Shown here: positions 28,899-37,804 of the stretch, one piece after another
How the letters are laid out: the number at the start of each line of letters is the position of its first letter
Numbering within the stretch: position 1 is the first letter of the stretch
Assembly: GCA_009780015.1 (NCBI GenBank)
Contig: WRAW01000004.1
Coordinates: forward strand, 1-59,524
DNA: 59,524 nt
Reading direction: 5' to 3'
Origin: Defluviitaleaceae bacterium
GTDB taxonomy: Bacteria; Bacillota; Clostridia; Lachnospirales; WRAA01
Translations under genes and position numbers: made by a program
The notes under the pieces: model-generated
What the model was told of the DNA's origin: nothing
Databases searched by the model: none
What the model saw: the letters and a program-made list of their open reading frames with translations, nothing else

Positions 28899-29616
28899 AT
28901 CCTAATGTTTTATTGGGATCACCCTGGTTTAGCTCCTGTTGGCTTAGTTCTCGCTCCTGCGCCTCAATTTCCCCTATTTCGGCAAGGTCTACCCACTTAA
29001 ACTCAATTGCCTGTTCTTCCGCGTCAATTAATGCTGTGAAGCGTATACCCTTAAAAATTTTTAAAATCAGCCTGTATGGTATGTATCCCCAAATTGCTAA
29101 AAATACATATAGAAGGCACGTAAACAATAATCCGGCAAACAGGGACGCAGGCGTGTTATTTCCATGAACGATAATCGTACCCATATTAAGATAAAAAGGA
29201 ATATTTAAGGCTGTAACAATAATCATTACGATTTGCGTCAACAATCCCCCTATTATTCCTGCCATCAAAAAGAATTTCATATGTGAGCCAAAACTCAGTC
29301 TATTCACAGCTATTTTTATTATTCCGGCCTGTGTACCGGCTGGTTCGTATACATCTTCAATTATCGCCATAAACCTTAAATCTTTAAAAGCTCTCAAGAT
29401 CATCTCGAACGGCCAATAGGCCAACACTCCGAAGAAAGCGTACAGCAGGCCGAAAAGGATCGTTACGCCTATCCATACCAAGACCGATGAAGGTTGGGTA
29501 ACAAGAAGAGGTATAAACATTATCAGCAACAAGGGCAGGGGTATCGCTATCCCATACAGGCAGTAAAGCTTTACAAAAGCATCGAATGTCAGCTTGCGCA
29601 CAACTATTTCTTTCAT
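28891..29616 (-). CDS. Hypothetical membrane protein made of two homologous halves
   Basis: Hydrophobic; the two repeats run IVVRKLTF..WPFEMILRAFKDLRF and IAVNRLSF..YIPYRLILKIFKGIRF. Confidence 0.7.
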   Translation of the reverse strand: MKEIVVRKLTFDAFVKLYCLYGIAIPLPLLLIMFIPLLVTQPSSVLVWIGVTILFGLLYAFFGVLAYWPFEMILRAFKDLRFMAIIEDVYEPAGTQAGIIKIAVNRLSFGSHMKFFLMAGIIGGLLTQIVMIIVTALNIPFYLNMGTIIVHGNNTPASLFAGLLFTCLLYVFLAIWGYIPYRLILKIFKGIRFTALIDAEEQAIEFKWVDLAEIGEIEAQERELSQQELNQGDPNKTLGCG

Positions 29617-29648
29617 TGTATGTACCACCCTTCTTCTCGCAAACTTTG

Positions 29649-30419
29649 TCACCCTAATACTACAGTTATCAGCGCGCGGATCATCGCGAGAAATTCGCGC
29701 GAATAGTAGTTGGGCAACATAAACCACTGACTGGGCGCGGCAAGCCCTTCACCCGGTACGCCCACCTTCCACGCCAGCACCCGCGCGCGCAGCAGGTGGA
29801 AGTCGTTGGTTACGTATACCACAGTGTAAGCCTCCCCGCCGAAATGTTCGTCCAGCAATTCCCTCGAGAATACAAAGTTCTCGAAGGTTGACGTCGCCCT
29901 GTCCTCTTCGATAATGCGGCCCGGCTCGATCCCGTTCTCTACAAGATATCTCCTCATTGCGGACGCGGCCGTCACCGTCTCGGTGGTCCCCTGGCCGCCG
30001 CTTACTACGACCACGGCGTTCTCGTTATCCGCCAGATACCCCAGAGCCGTATCCAGCCTGTTCTGAAACCCCTGCGGAATGACGTCGCCGGCAAGCGCCG
30101 CCCCAAGCACTATAACCGCGTCGTGCCCGTTCTCCGGCACACCCCGCGCGTTCAGCCAAACCCCCGCAAGCATGACCGCAAACGACAGCACGCCAAACGC
30201 CGCCAAATATGTAATAACAAGCCGCGCGCTCCGCCGTCGGCCGCTTGCCGTGTACCCCAGTATCCATGGAAGGCCGAGACCTGCGCCAAACATCGCAAGA
30301 CCCGCCGCCCCAGGCAAGTAATTCCCAATACCGTAAGGCAAGAAAGCTATACACCACGCCGAATACAGCGCGAGCGCCGCCCCAAGCACCACAAGCGCTA
30401 TCCGCAAAACTTTAATCAT
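29649..30419 (-). CDS. YdcF/SanA/ElyC (DUF218) family protein
   Basis: AVIVLGA, RLDTA, VSGGQG, STFEN and VTNDFHLLRA motifs. Confidence 0.9.
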   Translation of the reverse strand: MIKVLRIALVVLGAALALYSAWCIAFLPYGIGNYLPGAAGLAMFGAGLGLPWILGYTASGRRRSARLVITYLAAFGVLSFAVMLAGVWLNARGVPENGHDAVIVLGAALAGDVIPQGFQNRLDTALGYLADNENAVVVVSGGQGTTETVTAASAMRRYLVENGIEPGRIIEEDRATSTFENFVFSRELLDEHFGGEAYTVVYVTNDFHLLRARVLAWKVGVPGEGLAAPSQWFMLPNYYSREFLAMIRALITVVLG

Positions 30420-30440
30420 TGTCAGTGTTCCTTTTCAGCA

Positions 30441-30601
30441 GACTTCTTGCGTAACCGACAAACGTCAGATTTGCGAGGCGATTTTTCGCCAGGCAAGGAA
30501 TCGACGCCGACGCGAACCCTCAGTGGTTCGCTAGAGGGATATGACGCCGCATGGCGGATAATCGACCGCAAAGATGGCGTTTGACAGTTACGCAAGTTAT
30601 C
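30441..30601. mobile_element. Type-F (C-related) palindromic element
   Basis: GACTTCTTGCGTAAC ... GTTACGCAAGTTATC|TA; core CAAGGAATCGACGCCGACGCGAAC..GTTCGCTAG..TGACGCCG. Confidence 0.72.
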
Positions 30602-30605
30602 TAAT

Positions 30606-30821
30606 TTATGAGTGACCGCACCTTGGGCACTTGGGATAATCAATGTCATGACACCTGCCGCAATTGGGGCAGGTCGTCATTGCTATGCTGTCTTCGTCTT
30701 CATCGTCGCCGCCGTCCATGCTGTTATGAGCCTCGACGACGCCGTTTCGCACAGCCGTCTTTACAACGAAGTACAGGACAATAAAGAACAGACTCGCCCC
30801 AAGGCTAATTTGAATTTCCAC
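30606..30821 (-). CDS. Small membrane protein with a C-terminal zinc ribbon
   Basis: One TM segment (LYFVVKTAVRNG) followed by CPNC..CPRC. Confidence 0.7.
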   Translation of the reverse strand: MEIQISLGASLFFIVLYFVVKTAVRNGVVEAHNSMDGGDDEDEDSIAMTTCPNCGRCHDIDYPKCPRCGHS

Positions 30822-32619
30822 CCTCCAGCACCCCCTCCAGCCATTCTATGAAGTAGGCCCCCGCAACGCGCGCCCCCGTATCGTTCAGGTGCCCGTGGTC
30901 GCGGAACATATAGTCGCGGAAAAGCTCCTGCTCCATGTTGCTCAGATGAAAGTCCAGGTACGGTATGCCGTGAAGCTCGGCGAATCCGCTGATCTCCCGG
31001 TGAATGTCTTCGTAGTTCAATATGTTGGCAAAAGACACGTTGGAGATCGGCGCGGTTACAAATATCAACTGGGAGCCTTGCTCAGCCGTAAGCCGTACCA
31101 TTTCCTCAAGGAAGTGACGCTGGCTGGGCGCTATCTGAAAGTTCAGACGGCGCGCGGGGGTACGGCTCAGCCGCTCGAACTCGGCCTGCGGCATAATCCG
31201 GCTGGAATATACGTAGCCAAGAGCGCGGTAGTACTCGATGTACGGCTGTATCTCCGGCGTATAGCCGTCCTGGAATATCTCGCTGTCCCTGGTAAAGTTG
31301 CGTATCCAGGCGTTGGCGAACGCGAAGGCCGCGTCCTGAAAGCGGATCGCCTCTATATCGTACTTTACTCGCTCGTTAAGCGGCAGAACCTCGTCTATAT
31401 AACGCTGGCGAAGCTCCTCGCTGCGAAGCACTCTAAAAAACGTCTCGACCTGCGCCGGCTCGAAGTCGCGGCGCATCACGTTCCAGTAAAGTTCCATCAC
31501 CACGATGTCCGGGCGCTGATAGTTGTAGACCTCCAGCAGCGTAAAGAAAGACGAATCGGGCGTCTGCAGCGGCATACCCAGTTGGAACGCGTTCCATCTG
31601 CCCTCGAACTGCGCCGGGTCAAATGTCGTAAAAGAATGTGACGACCCCAAGAACACCATGTCAAGCCATCCCTCGGGAAGCGCGTAAAAATCATCGAAAC
31701 GCTGCTGGCTCCACAGGTTGACGTGATTACGGTCGTTGGCCTCGGAATAAATCCCGCCGACCACACCCGTAAAGGCATAACAGGCCGCCGCGAATACGGC
31801 TATCGCAACAATCTGCTGAGTGCGCCGCGACAGCTTTGTTACCACCCAATTGTACAAGCGGTCGTGAAGACTGTCTCCCCATGTCTCTATGTCCGCGTCA
31901 ATCGGGCCCGCGGCCCCCAGAAGCGCAACCCTGGGGCGCATTACGACAGCGTCCGGGCTCTCGACTGCCATGTGCGCGGCGCTCACGGCTTCCGGGTTCT
32001 CGGCCTCGGGACTCGCGGCGATCCTTGCTTCCTTGCGCTCGACCCTTGGACGCCTTGTGTCTATGCGTATAACCTTGGAGCGCATTGATTCCTGACGCGC
32101 CGCTTCTTCCGCCTCTTTACGTTCGTCCTTTCGGCGCTCGGTTTCTTGACGTATGGATTCTTGACGTGCGGCTTCCCTTTGTTCCGCTTCCCGCAGTTCG
32201 ATTTCTTGGCGTATGGCCTCCTGACGCGCGGCCTCCCACCGTTCGGCCTCCCGACGCGCGGCTTCCCGGCGTACAGCCTCTTGGCGCGCGGTTTCTTTGC
32301 GTTCCGCTTCCCGTCGTACGGCCTCTTGGCGTTCGGTTTCCTGGCGTACAGCATCTTTACGAGCGGTTTCCCATTGCTCGGCTTCTCGGCGTTCGGCTTC
32401 CCGGCGCGCGGTATCTTGACGTACCGCTTCCTGGCGTGCGGTATCTTGACGCGCAGCCCGCGGGTTCGCGAAGTCAGAACCGGCGGCTCTAGGCTCGGTG
32501 TCATAATATTCCGCCGCGGAGCGATCCGCCTGCCGCATCTTCATTTCCTTGTACTTCTTCTCGAAACGCTCTCGGGCCTTACGCCTATCAGAATTGAAAA
32601 TAGATAAAATCTGTTCCAT
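30805..32619 (-). CDS. SGNH-like (DltD/AlgJ/PatB-type) acyltransferase partner with a long charged N-terminal repeat
   Basis: VFLGSSH and FRDHGHLN (DxxH) motifs after one TM segment; directly downstream of the MBOAT gene. Confidence 0.72.
   Translation of the reverse strand: MEQILSIFNSDRRKARERFEKKYKEMKMRQADRSAAEYYDTEPRAAGSDFANPRAARQDTARQEAVRQDTARREAERREAEQWETARKDAVRQETERQEAVRREAERKETARQEAVRREAARREAERWEAARQEAIRQEIELREAEQREAARQESIRQETERRKDERKEAEEAARQESMRSKVIRIDTRRPRVERKEARIAASPEAENPEAVSAAHMAVESPDAVVMRPRVALLGAAGPIDADIETWGDSLHDRLYNWVVTKLSRRTQQIVAIAVFAAACYAFTGVVGGIYSEANDRNHVNLWSQQRFDDFYALPEGWLDMVFLGSSHSFTTFDPAQFEGRWNAFQLGMPLQTPDSSFFTLLEVYNYQRPDIVVMELYWNVMRRDFEPAQVETFFRVLRSEELRQRYIDEVLPLNERVKYDIEAIRFQDAAFAFANAWIRNFTRDSEIFQDGYTPEIQPYIEYYRALGYVYSSRIMPQAEFERLSRTPARRLNFQIAPSQRHFLEEMVRLTAEQGSQLIFVTAPISNVSFANILNYEDIHREISGFAELHGIPYLDFHLSNMEQELFRDYMFRDHGHLNDTGARVAGAYFIEWLEGVLEGGNSN
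32095..32455 (-). repeat. 15-bp (5-aa) coding tandem repeat, (E/D)(A/T)(A/V/E)R(Q/R), at least 21 units
   Basis: DTARQ EAVRQ DTARR EAERR ... EAARQ ESIRQ ETERR. Confidence 0.85.
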
Positions 32620-34057
32620 CGTGAAACACCCCCAGCGCGATTATCAATAGTCCTATAAGCAAGTAGAAGGCGAAACGAAGGTCGGCGGGCTTGTCCATCA
32701 GCTTTTCGTGGATATTGCCCGTACCCGCGGCTATGTCGGTGATTATCAGCAGAATTATACATACTATGCTTGCCAGAAGCTGTGCCATGCCCAAGCCAAT
32801 GTCGGACAAGGTGCGGAATACATATGGTATTTCACCCCATCTATCGATGTCATAAAATAGGTTCGTCATTATAAAGATGCCGTCGTCAAGAGTCTCCGCC
32901 CTGAACAATATCCAGCCAAAACAGACAAGCCCGAACGTAATGGCGGTCTTGGCCGCGTTTACCACAAACAGGTTATCAATCGACATGAATTTTAGCAGCC
33001 CGTCCACGGGTTTCATGACGACGGTTTCAACAAGGAGGTATATCCCGTGCAGCGCGCCCCAGGCAATGAATGTCCAACTGGCTCCGTGCCATATGCCGCT
33101 GATTAGGAATGTGACCATTATGTTGCGCGCGTACCTTACCGGCCCAACCTTTGAGCCGCCCAAGGGGAAGTAGACATAATCCTTGAACCAGCTTGAGAGC
33201 GAAATATGCCAGCGGCGCCAAAACTCTCCGACCCCGCGCGACAGGTAGGGCTGGCGGAAATTGAGCGTGAGGTCTATGCCGAACAGTTTTGCGCAGCCTA
33301 CGGCCATGTCGGAATAGCCGCTAAAGTCGCAGTATATCTGGAACGCGAACAGGATCGTAGCCGCCACCAGCGCCAGCCCCGCGAAGTTTTCGGGCGCGCC
33401 GTACACCGTGTTTACCGCGATAGCGATCCTGTCGGCAATGACCACCTTCTTGAACAGGCCGAACAGGATGAACTTCAGCCCGGTCATAATGTTGTCCATG
33501 TCCAAGCGCTGAGCGCGCACAAGCTGCGGCATAAGCCCCGACGCGCGCTCGATAGGCCCCGCTATAAGCGGTGGAAAGAACGTGATAAACAATGAGAATC
33601 TGACAAAGCTCCGCTCGGCCTGTGTGCGACCGCGATATACGTCAATCGTATAGCCCACAGCCTGGAACGTGTAAAACGATATCCCAAGCGGCAGTATAAG
33701 GTCGAACTCGCGCGGCGTATACGCCACGCCTACCGCCGCGAACATGTATGTCAGCGTCTCGTCAAGCAGCGGCAAGTACTTAAACACAAACAATATCCCG
33801 AAGCTTATGACCAGCGCCGCCGTAAATACCGCCAGCCTTCGGCGCTCGTCCGAATAATAGTCTGTCACCAGTATCGCCGCGCCGTAATTTACCACCGTTA
33901 CAAACACCAGCAGCAATACAAACGGCACGCTCCACCACATATAGAAGATGTACGAACCAACCAGCAGTATATACATCCGTAGCTTAACAGGCGACACATA
34001 GAACGCCGCCACAATCGCCGTCATAAAAATCAAAAAGTCGAATGAGTTAAATATCAT
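32588..34057 (-). CDS. MBOAT family O-acyltransferase (AlgI/PatA/DltB-like)
   Basis: LPLGISFYTFQ, QIYCDFSGYSDMA, FWRRWHISLS and SGIWHGA motifs. Confidence 0.95.
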   Translation of the reverse strand: MIFNSFDFLIFMTAIVAAFYVSPVKLRMYILLVGSYIFYMWWSVPFVLLLVFVTVVNYGAAILVTDYYSDERRRLAVFTAALVISFGILFVFKYLPLLDETLTYMFAAVGVAYTPREFDLILPLGISFYTFQAVGYTIDVYRGRTQAERSFVRFSLFITFFPPLIAGPIERASGLMPQLVRAQRLDMDNIMTGLKFILFGLFKKVVIADRIAIAVNTVYGAPENFAGLALVAATILFAFQIYCDFSGYSDMAVGCAKLFGIDLTLNFRQPYLSRGVGEFWRRWHISLSSWFKDYVYFPLGGSKVGPVRYARNIMVTFLISGIWHGASWTFIAWGALHGIYLLVETVVMKPVDGLLKFMSIDNLFVVNAAKTAITFGLVCFGWILFRAETLDDGIFIMTNLFYDIDRWGEIPYVFRTLSDIGLGMAQLLASIVCIILLIITDIAAGTGNIHEKLMDKPADLRFAFYLLIGLLIIALGVFHDGTDFIYFQF

Positions 34058-34095
34058 GTTAGACCCCTGTTGAAGATATTATGCCATTTTAACAC

Positions 34096-34140
34096 AAAAA
34101 AAGACATAGGGCAACCATTTGCGACGGTTGCCCTATGTTT
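34096..34140 (-). terminator. Intrinsic terminator
   Basis: 13-bp stem ACATAGGGCAACC/GGTTGCCCTATGT with a poly-T tract on the minus strand. Confidence 0.75.
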
Positions 34141-34160
34141 ACCTGTCATATTCCTATATC

Positions 34161-34526
34161 CTACTTATCTTCGTCCGTATCCGGCACTTCCCCGTGCGTT
34201 TCGTCCCCGGTGTTTGCGCCCGGCAAGCTCCAGAAATCTTCTGCCTCTTCCTCCGTATCCTGCGCCTTAGGTGACTTATGCGGCGTGTTATTTCTAAGAA
34301 GAATCAGACCTCCCGCTCCTAAAAGCAGCGCATACACCAGGTTGAACATCACATTGTTGAAATAAAAACTGAAAATGTCGAACGCGGCAATGTCCTCGAG
34401 CTGCCCAAGAGCACGCATCTGCTCTACGGAATACATCGCCTCGGACAGCGTTTGCCACGCCAGAACCAGCAGCAGCACCGCCATAATAAACATCACGGCA
34501 CAATATACCTTGATAAACTTACGCAT
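34161..34526 (-). CDS. Hypothetical two-TM membrane protein
   Basis: GAGGTG RBS, two hydrophobic segments and an acidic tail. Confidence 0.7.
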   Translation of the reverse strand: MRKFIKVYCAVMFIMAVLLLVLAWQTLSEAMYSVEQMRALGQLEDIAAFDIFSFYFNNVMFNLVYALLLGAGGLILLRNNTPHKSPKAQDTEEEAEDFWSLPGANTGDETHGEVPDTDEDK

Positions 34527-34615
34527 TTCCACCTCTTGAAATTTGAGCCATAGGAGCATTATATTATAACCTGTCTGGAAATTCAAGGACGAATTGTGCC
34601 AAGGACAATTTCTTA

Positions 34616-34812
34616 GAGCCTGTTCAATATCTTTTTGTCTTTGGATTGGCGAGTCCAGTTTTTCGCCATTCTAGAAGGAGCTGACGCCGCGTACCTGTAA
34701 GGTACGCGAGGAATCGTCGCCGACCCCATAAAGCCCGGTTTTGACTTTATGGGGTCGACTGTGGCGCAAAACTGGCCGCCAAAACAAGGACGAAAAGATA
34801 TTGAACAGGTTC
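34616..34812. mobile_element. Type-A MITE-like element with cassette Y, inserted at the htrA stop codon
   Basis: TIR GAGCCTGTTCAATATC / GATATTGAACAGGTTC with a TTA/TTA duplication. Confidence 0.87.
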
Positions 34813-36183
34813 TTAGTGCTGCCTGAACTCGTCAAGGGTGATCGAGAACGACACCGTCTCGCCGTCTCGCATGACTTGCATCGATATCACTTCTCCGGGT
34901 GAAAACGTGTCGAGTATGGCGCGAAGCCCTTCAAATGACGACACGGAGCGTTCGTTCAGCGAAATGATTATGTCGCCGGACTGCACACCGGCCCTTTGCG
35001 CGCCTCCGCCGCCGGTCAAGGAGTCCACAAGTACGCGCGGCTCCCCGTCCAGCTCCGTCATGGTGATCTGCACACCCATAACGGCACGCCGTACAGAACC
35101 GTAGCTGATAAGATTGTCAGTCACCCTGCGCGCCACGTTGGACGGGATCGCAAAACCCAGACCCTCCACATCCATTCCGCCTGACTTGGCCGTTACCACA
35201 CCTACCACACGTCCCGTCATATCGACCAGCGGCCCGCCGGAGTTGCCTCGGTTTATGGCCGCGTCCGTCTGAAGCATTGTGCGGGGCACTCTGTCGATGC
35301 TTATCTCGCGGTCAAGCGCGCTCACCACTCCCACAGACATCGAGTTGGCGAATTCGCCCAAGGGGTTGCCTATTGCCGCAACCTGTTCTCCCACCAGCAG
35401 CGCGTCGGAGTCGGCAAAGCTAAGGTACGACAGCCCCTGCGCCTCGATCTTGAGCACGGCCAGGTCGCTGTGGAAGTCGCCGCCCACAAGTACCGCGGGA
35501 TAGCTGTTTCCGTCATGCAGCAGCACCGAGACGGAACTGGCGTTCTCGATCACGTGATAGTTGGTGACTATATAGCCATCCTCCGACACGAGAAAGCCCG
35601 ACCCCGCCGACGGCCGCGTAACCGGCCTTCCGAACACATTCATCCCCTGGGTCTGCGTGGATATCGCAACGACCGCCGGGTTCGCGCCCGCAAACAGCTC
35701 ACTAAGCTCAAGCGCCTCACGCCTTGGGTTAAACTCACCAACAGGGGTAATTAAACTGCTCTGCACCGTCGCGGCAACTTCATCGACAATCGCGCTGGTA
35801 TGCGCCTGCCTCTGCTCCAGGGCATCAAGAGCGGCGCTCATACGGCGTTCGGTCAGCGCCGCGCCGGCCACTCCGCTGCCGAGCATCAACGCGGCGACGC
35901 TCGTCACGCCAAGCATTGACCGAACCATACGCCCGCGGTTCTTATGCTTCTTCTCCTTGGAGTTAATCCGCGCGGACACGATATGACTCGGCACCGAATA
36001 TGTCTCGTCGTCGGCCGCCGCGCGCGAACTCTCGCGGATGTACGAGTTATATGAACCATACGGGCTGGATCTGCAATAAGTGTACCTCGGCTCACGCGCA
36101 AAGCCTTGCTCCGAATCGGCCGGCTTCTCGCCCTCTTCGCCCCCGAAACCATTCCTATCGTAATAGCTATTGTAATCCCTCAT
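34813..36183 (-). CDS. htrA: HtrA/DegP serine protease with a PDZ domain
   Basis: GSGF..GYIVTNYHV, DLAVLKI, AIGNP and TDAAINRGNSGGPL motifs; C-terminal PDZ. Confidence 0.95.
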   Translation of the reverse strand: MRDYNSYYDRNGFGGEEGEKPADSEQGFAREPRYTYCRSSPYGSYNSYIRESSRAAADDETYSVPSHIVSARINSKEKKHKNRGRMVRSMLGVTSVAALMLGSGVAGAALTERRMSAALDALEQRQAHTSAIVDEVAATVQSSLITPVGEFNPRREALELSELFAGANPAVVAISTQTQGMNVFGRPVTRPSAGSGFLVSEDGYIVTNYHVIENASSVSVLLHDGNSYPAVLVGGDFHSDLAVLKIEAQGLSYLSFADSDALLVGEQVAAIGNPLGEFANSMSVGVVSALDREISIDRVPRTMLQTDAAINRGNSGGPLVDMTGRVVGVVTAKSGGMDVEGLGFAIPSNVARRVTDNLISYGSVRRAVMGVQITMTELDGEPRVLVDSLTGGGGAQRAGVQSGDIIISLNERSVSSFEGLRAILDTFSPGEVISMQVMRDGETVSFSITLDEFRQH

Positions 36184-36248
36184 ATTTCAGCGCTCCTTTA
36201 CAATGTATTCAAACCCGGCGTTATATTGTATATTAAGAATAGTATGCG

Positions 36249-36289
36249 TTCTTGAAGTTTAACTGAACTTACGCTGAAACATACCTGAA
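36249..36289 (-). promoter_or_regulatory. OmpR-type direct-repeat array (TTCA x4, 11-bp period) upstream of htrA
   Basis: Minus strand reads TTCAGgtatgt TTCAGcgtaag TTCAGttaaac TTCAAgaa, then 7 bp, then TATTCT. Confidence 0.6.
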
Positions 36290-36321
36290 TTTACAAAATA
36301 TTCACAAAATCCGCAATTCCA

Positions 36322-36350
36322 TTGACATCGGCCTAATAAAGACGGATAAT
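36322..36350 (+). promoter_or_regulatory. Sigma-A promoter
   Basis: TTGACA-17 bp-GATAAT. Confidence 0.6.
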
Positions 36351-36359
36351 ACGTTGGAG

Positions 36360-37106
36360 GTGAAGCACGTGAAAAGCTGGAAAGCAAAACTGATACTGTT
36401 CGCCGGAACATTGTCCTTGATTAACGTAGCAATACAATCAACCGCGTCGAATATACACCTTGGCTTTATCGCACAGGCCATTATTTCAACCGCGCTGATA
36501 CTGTACGCCGTACTCTTTGACAGGCTCCCCAAGGCGGTTCATATTGCGGCGGCGACGGCTTGCGCCGTACCGCTGTGTTTCTCGGTCTTCCTGGGCGCTT
36601 ACGGCAGGCTCAGCGGTGCGGACTACACCGAAGACGTGGTAATAGTCCTGGGGGCGGGGCTTCGCGGCGAAGAAGTCGGCTCGCATCTTGCCAACAGGCT
36701 CGACAGAGCCGTGGACTATCTCGGCAGCAACCCTGACGCCATAGTAGTAGTAACAGGGGGGCTCGGGGCCGGCGCGCCCATTACCGAAGCGGAGGCCATG
36801 GAGCGCTACCTGATCGCAAGCGGCGTATCGCCGGAAAGAATCATCCTGGAGGATCAATCAACGTCTACATACGAAAACATCTCATTCGCGCGCGACATAT
36901 TGGATGAACAATTCTCCGGCGGCTTTCGCGCCGCACTGATCTCAAACGACTTCCATATTTACCGCGCCGTTCGTATGGCTCGTCATGTCGGAGTCTCCGC
37001 GTATGGCGTCGGGGCAAGCACTCCCTTGTTCGCCCTTCCCCAAAACTACCTGCGCGAGATGCTGGCCGTCGCGCATATGTGGGTTTTCTCACCCATCCGG
37101 CCATGA
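36360..37106 (+). CDS. YdcF/SanA/ElyC (DUF218) family protein
   Basis: VVIVLGAG, RLDRA, VTGG.G, STSTYEN and ISNDFHIYRA motifs. Confidence 0.9.
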   Translation: MKHVKSWKAKLILFAGTLSLINVAIQSTASNIHLGFIAQAIISTALILYAVLFDRLPKAVHIAAATACAVPLCFSVFLGAYGRLSGADYTEDVVIVLGAGLRGEEVGSHLANRLDRAVDYLGSNPDAIVVVTGGLGAGAPITEAEAMERYLIASGVSPERIILEDQSTSTYENISFARDILDEQFSGGFRAALISNDFHIYRAVRMARHVGVSAYGVGASTPLFALPQNYLREMLAVAHMWVFSPIRP

Positions 37107-37128
37107 CAGAATATTAGGAGAGATACAC

Positions 37129-37542
37129 ATGTGGGTAATTTATGCATTGCTTGCCGCCGTATTTGCGGCCCTAACCTCTATCTTCGCCAAAATCGGCATA
37201 GAGGGCGTTAACGCAAACCTTGCCACCGCAATACGCACGGTCGTAGTACTGGTTGTAGCATGGGGCATTGTCCTGTTCACAGGCCGCCACGCCGAAATCA
37301 CCAGCATTGAAGCACGCAGTTGGCTGTTCCTGATCCTGTCGGGGCTTGCCACCGGCGCGTCGTGGCTGTTCTTCTTCCGGGCTCTGCAAATCGGCGACGC
37401 GTCCCGCGTCGTCCCTATCGACAAGTTCAGCGTAGTTATCACGGTATTCCTGGCCTTTATCATACTGGGCGAAGCCATGACCGTCAAGGTCATAATCGGC
37501 GCGGTTCTGATAACTATCGGGATGCTGCTGATGATACTCTAA
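37129..37542 (+). CDS. Single-domain EamA/DMT family transporter
   Basis: FAALTSIFAKIGIEGV..NLATAIRT, SGLATGASWL and VVPIDKFS motifs. Confidence 0.9.
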   Translation: MWVIYALLAAVFAALTSIFAKIGIEGVNANLATAIRTVVVLVVAWGIVLFTGRHAEITSIEARSWLFLILSGLATGASWLFFFRALQIGDASRVVPIDKFSVVITVFLAFIILGEAMTVKVIIGAVLITIGMLLMIL

Positions 37543-37699
37543 AAACCTGTGTTCAATGTCCAAAATGCCGGCCAAAATCGGCGATTTTTCGCCAATCTGG
37601 GAGATGAAGGCGCCCGGGGCCCCCACAAAGCCCAATTTTGGCTTCGTGGAACGGAGTCCGACCTTCCAGACAGCGTTAAGTGGTATTAAACACAGGTTC
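37543..37699. mobile_element. Type-A MITE-like element with cassette Y, at the EamA stop codon
   Basis: AAACCTGTGTTCAAT / ATTAAACACAGGTTC, flanked by TAA/TGA. Confidence 0.78.
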
Positions 37700-37724
37700 T
37701 GAACTCCATTTACACTAAAAACTA

Positions 37725-37754
37725 TTGACTTGCCCAAGCTTGGGCAAGTATAAT
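37725..37754 (+). promoter_or_regulatory. Sigma-A promoter containing a perfect 22-bp palindromic operator
   Basis: TTGACT-18 bp-TATAAT; ACTTGCCCAAGCTTGGGCAAGT at 37728-37749. Confidence 0.7.
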
Positions 37755-37804
37755 TTAAATGTGCGAATTAAAGTGTACTAACTATATTACATGCGAGGTG
37801 GGTT

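Noticed and set aside
32061-32607. Repetitive ORFs in other frames over the 15-bp repeat
   Set aside because: They stay open only because the repeat is in register and lacks stop codons.
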